Source: a virus (Duplodnaviria > Caudoviricetes). From it: a stretch of 38,407 nucleotides of DNA. The first letter of the stretch is position 1, and each line of letters starts with the position of its first letter. The stretch spans positions 1 to 38,407 of the IMG/VR virus record IMGVR_UViG_3300027804_000113. One strand, written 5' to 3'. Under the pieces are notes generated by a model. It was not told the origin of the DNA. It saw only the letters and a list, made by a program, of their open reading frames with translations, and did not search any database. A program made the translations under genes and the position numbers. Shown piece after piece: positions 38,367-38,407 of this stretch.

Positions 38367-38407
38367 AAAAGCGGTTGAAACTTAAAGTTTTTGGCCCGCA
38401 GAACAAA

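Noticed and set aside
1-38407. tRNA/rRNA genes, integrase, DNA methyltransferase, DNA polymerase, IS elements
   Set aside because: No cloverleaf or diagnostic motifs recognised by eye; a divergent member among the hypothetical ORFs cannot be excluded

Overview
The window looks like a complete or near-complete ~38.4 kb genome of a tailed dsDNA phage with HK97-type head genes and a long non-contractile tail, opened between the packaging HNH gene and terS. The + strand (82-26431) carries packaging, head, tail, fibre and lysis genes. These include two tandem major-capsid paralogues, a -1 frameshifting tail chaperone, a GNAT in the tail-tip module, collagen-like and Fn3/Gly-rich fibres, and a GT2-TPR glycosyltransferase. 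A leftward early operon (26484-31451) encodes a YqaJ exonuclease, an ERF annealase and DUF932. A divergent control region follows, with no recognisable repressor, and I see no integrase anywhere. The right arm holds a DUF1376 replication gene, nucleases and a compact putative DNA-hypermodification operon: ferritin-like, ParB-N, P-loop kinase, Ntn glutamine amidotransferase, amino-acid:DNA transferase-like and TET/JBP-like dioxygenase, with no methylase, hmU synthase or polymerase. The main highlights are: (1) that modification operon; (2) a 44-nt imperfect copy of the capsid gene lying antisense in a structured leader of the early operon, directly upstream of a small unknown gene; (3) a repeated, covarying RNA leader element; (4) apparent strong restriction-site avoidance. 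All family assignments come from motif recognition by eye, not from database searches.
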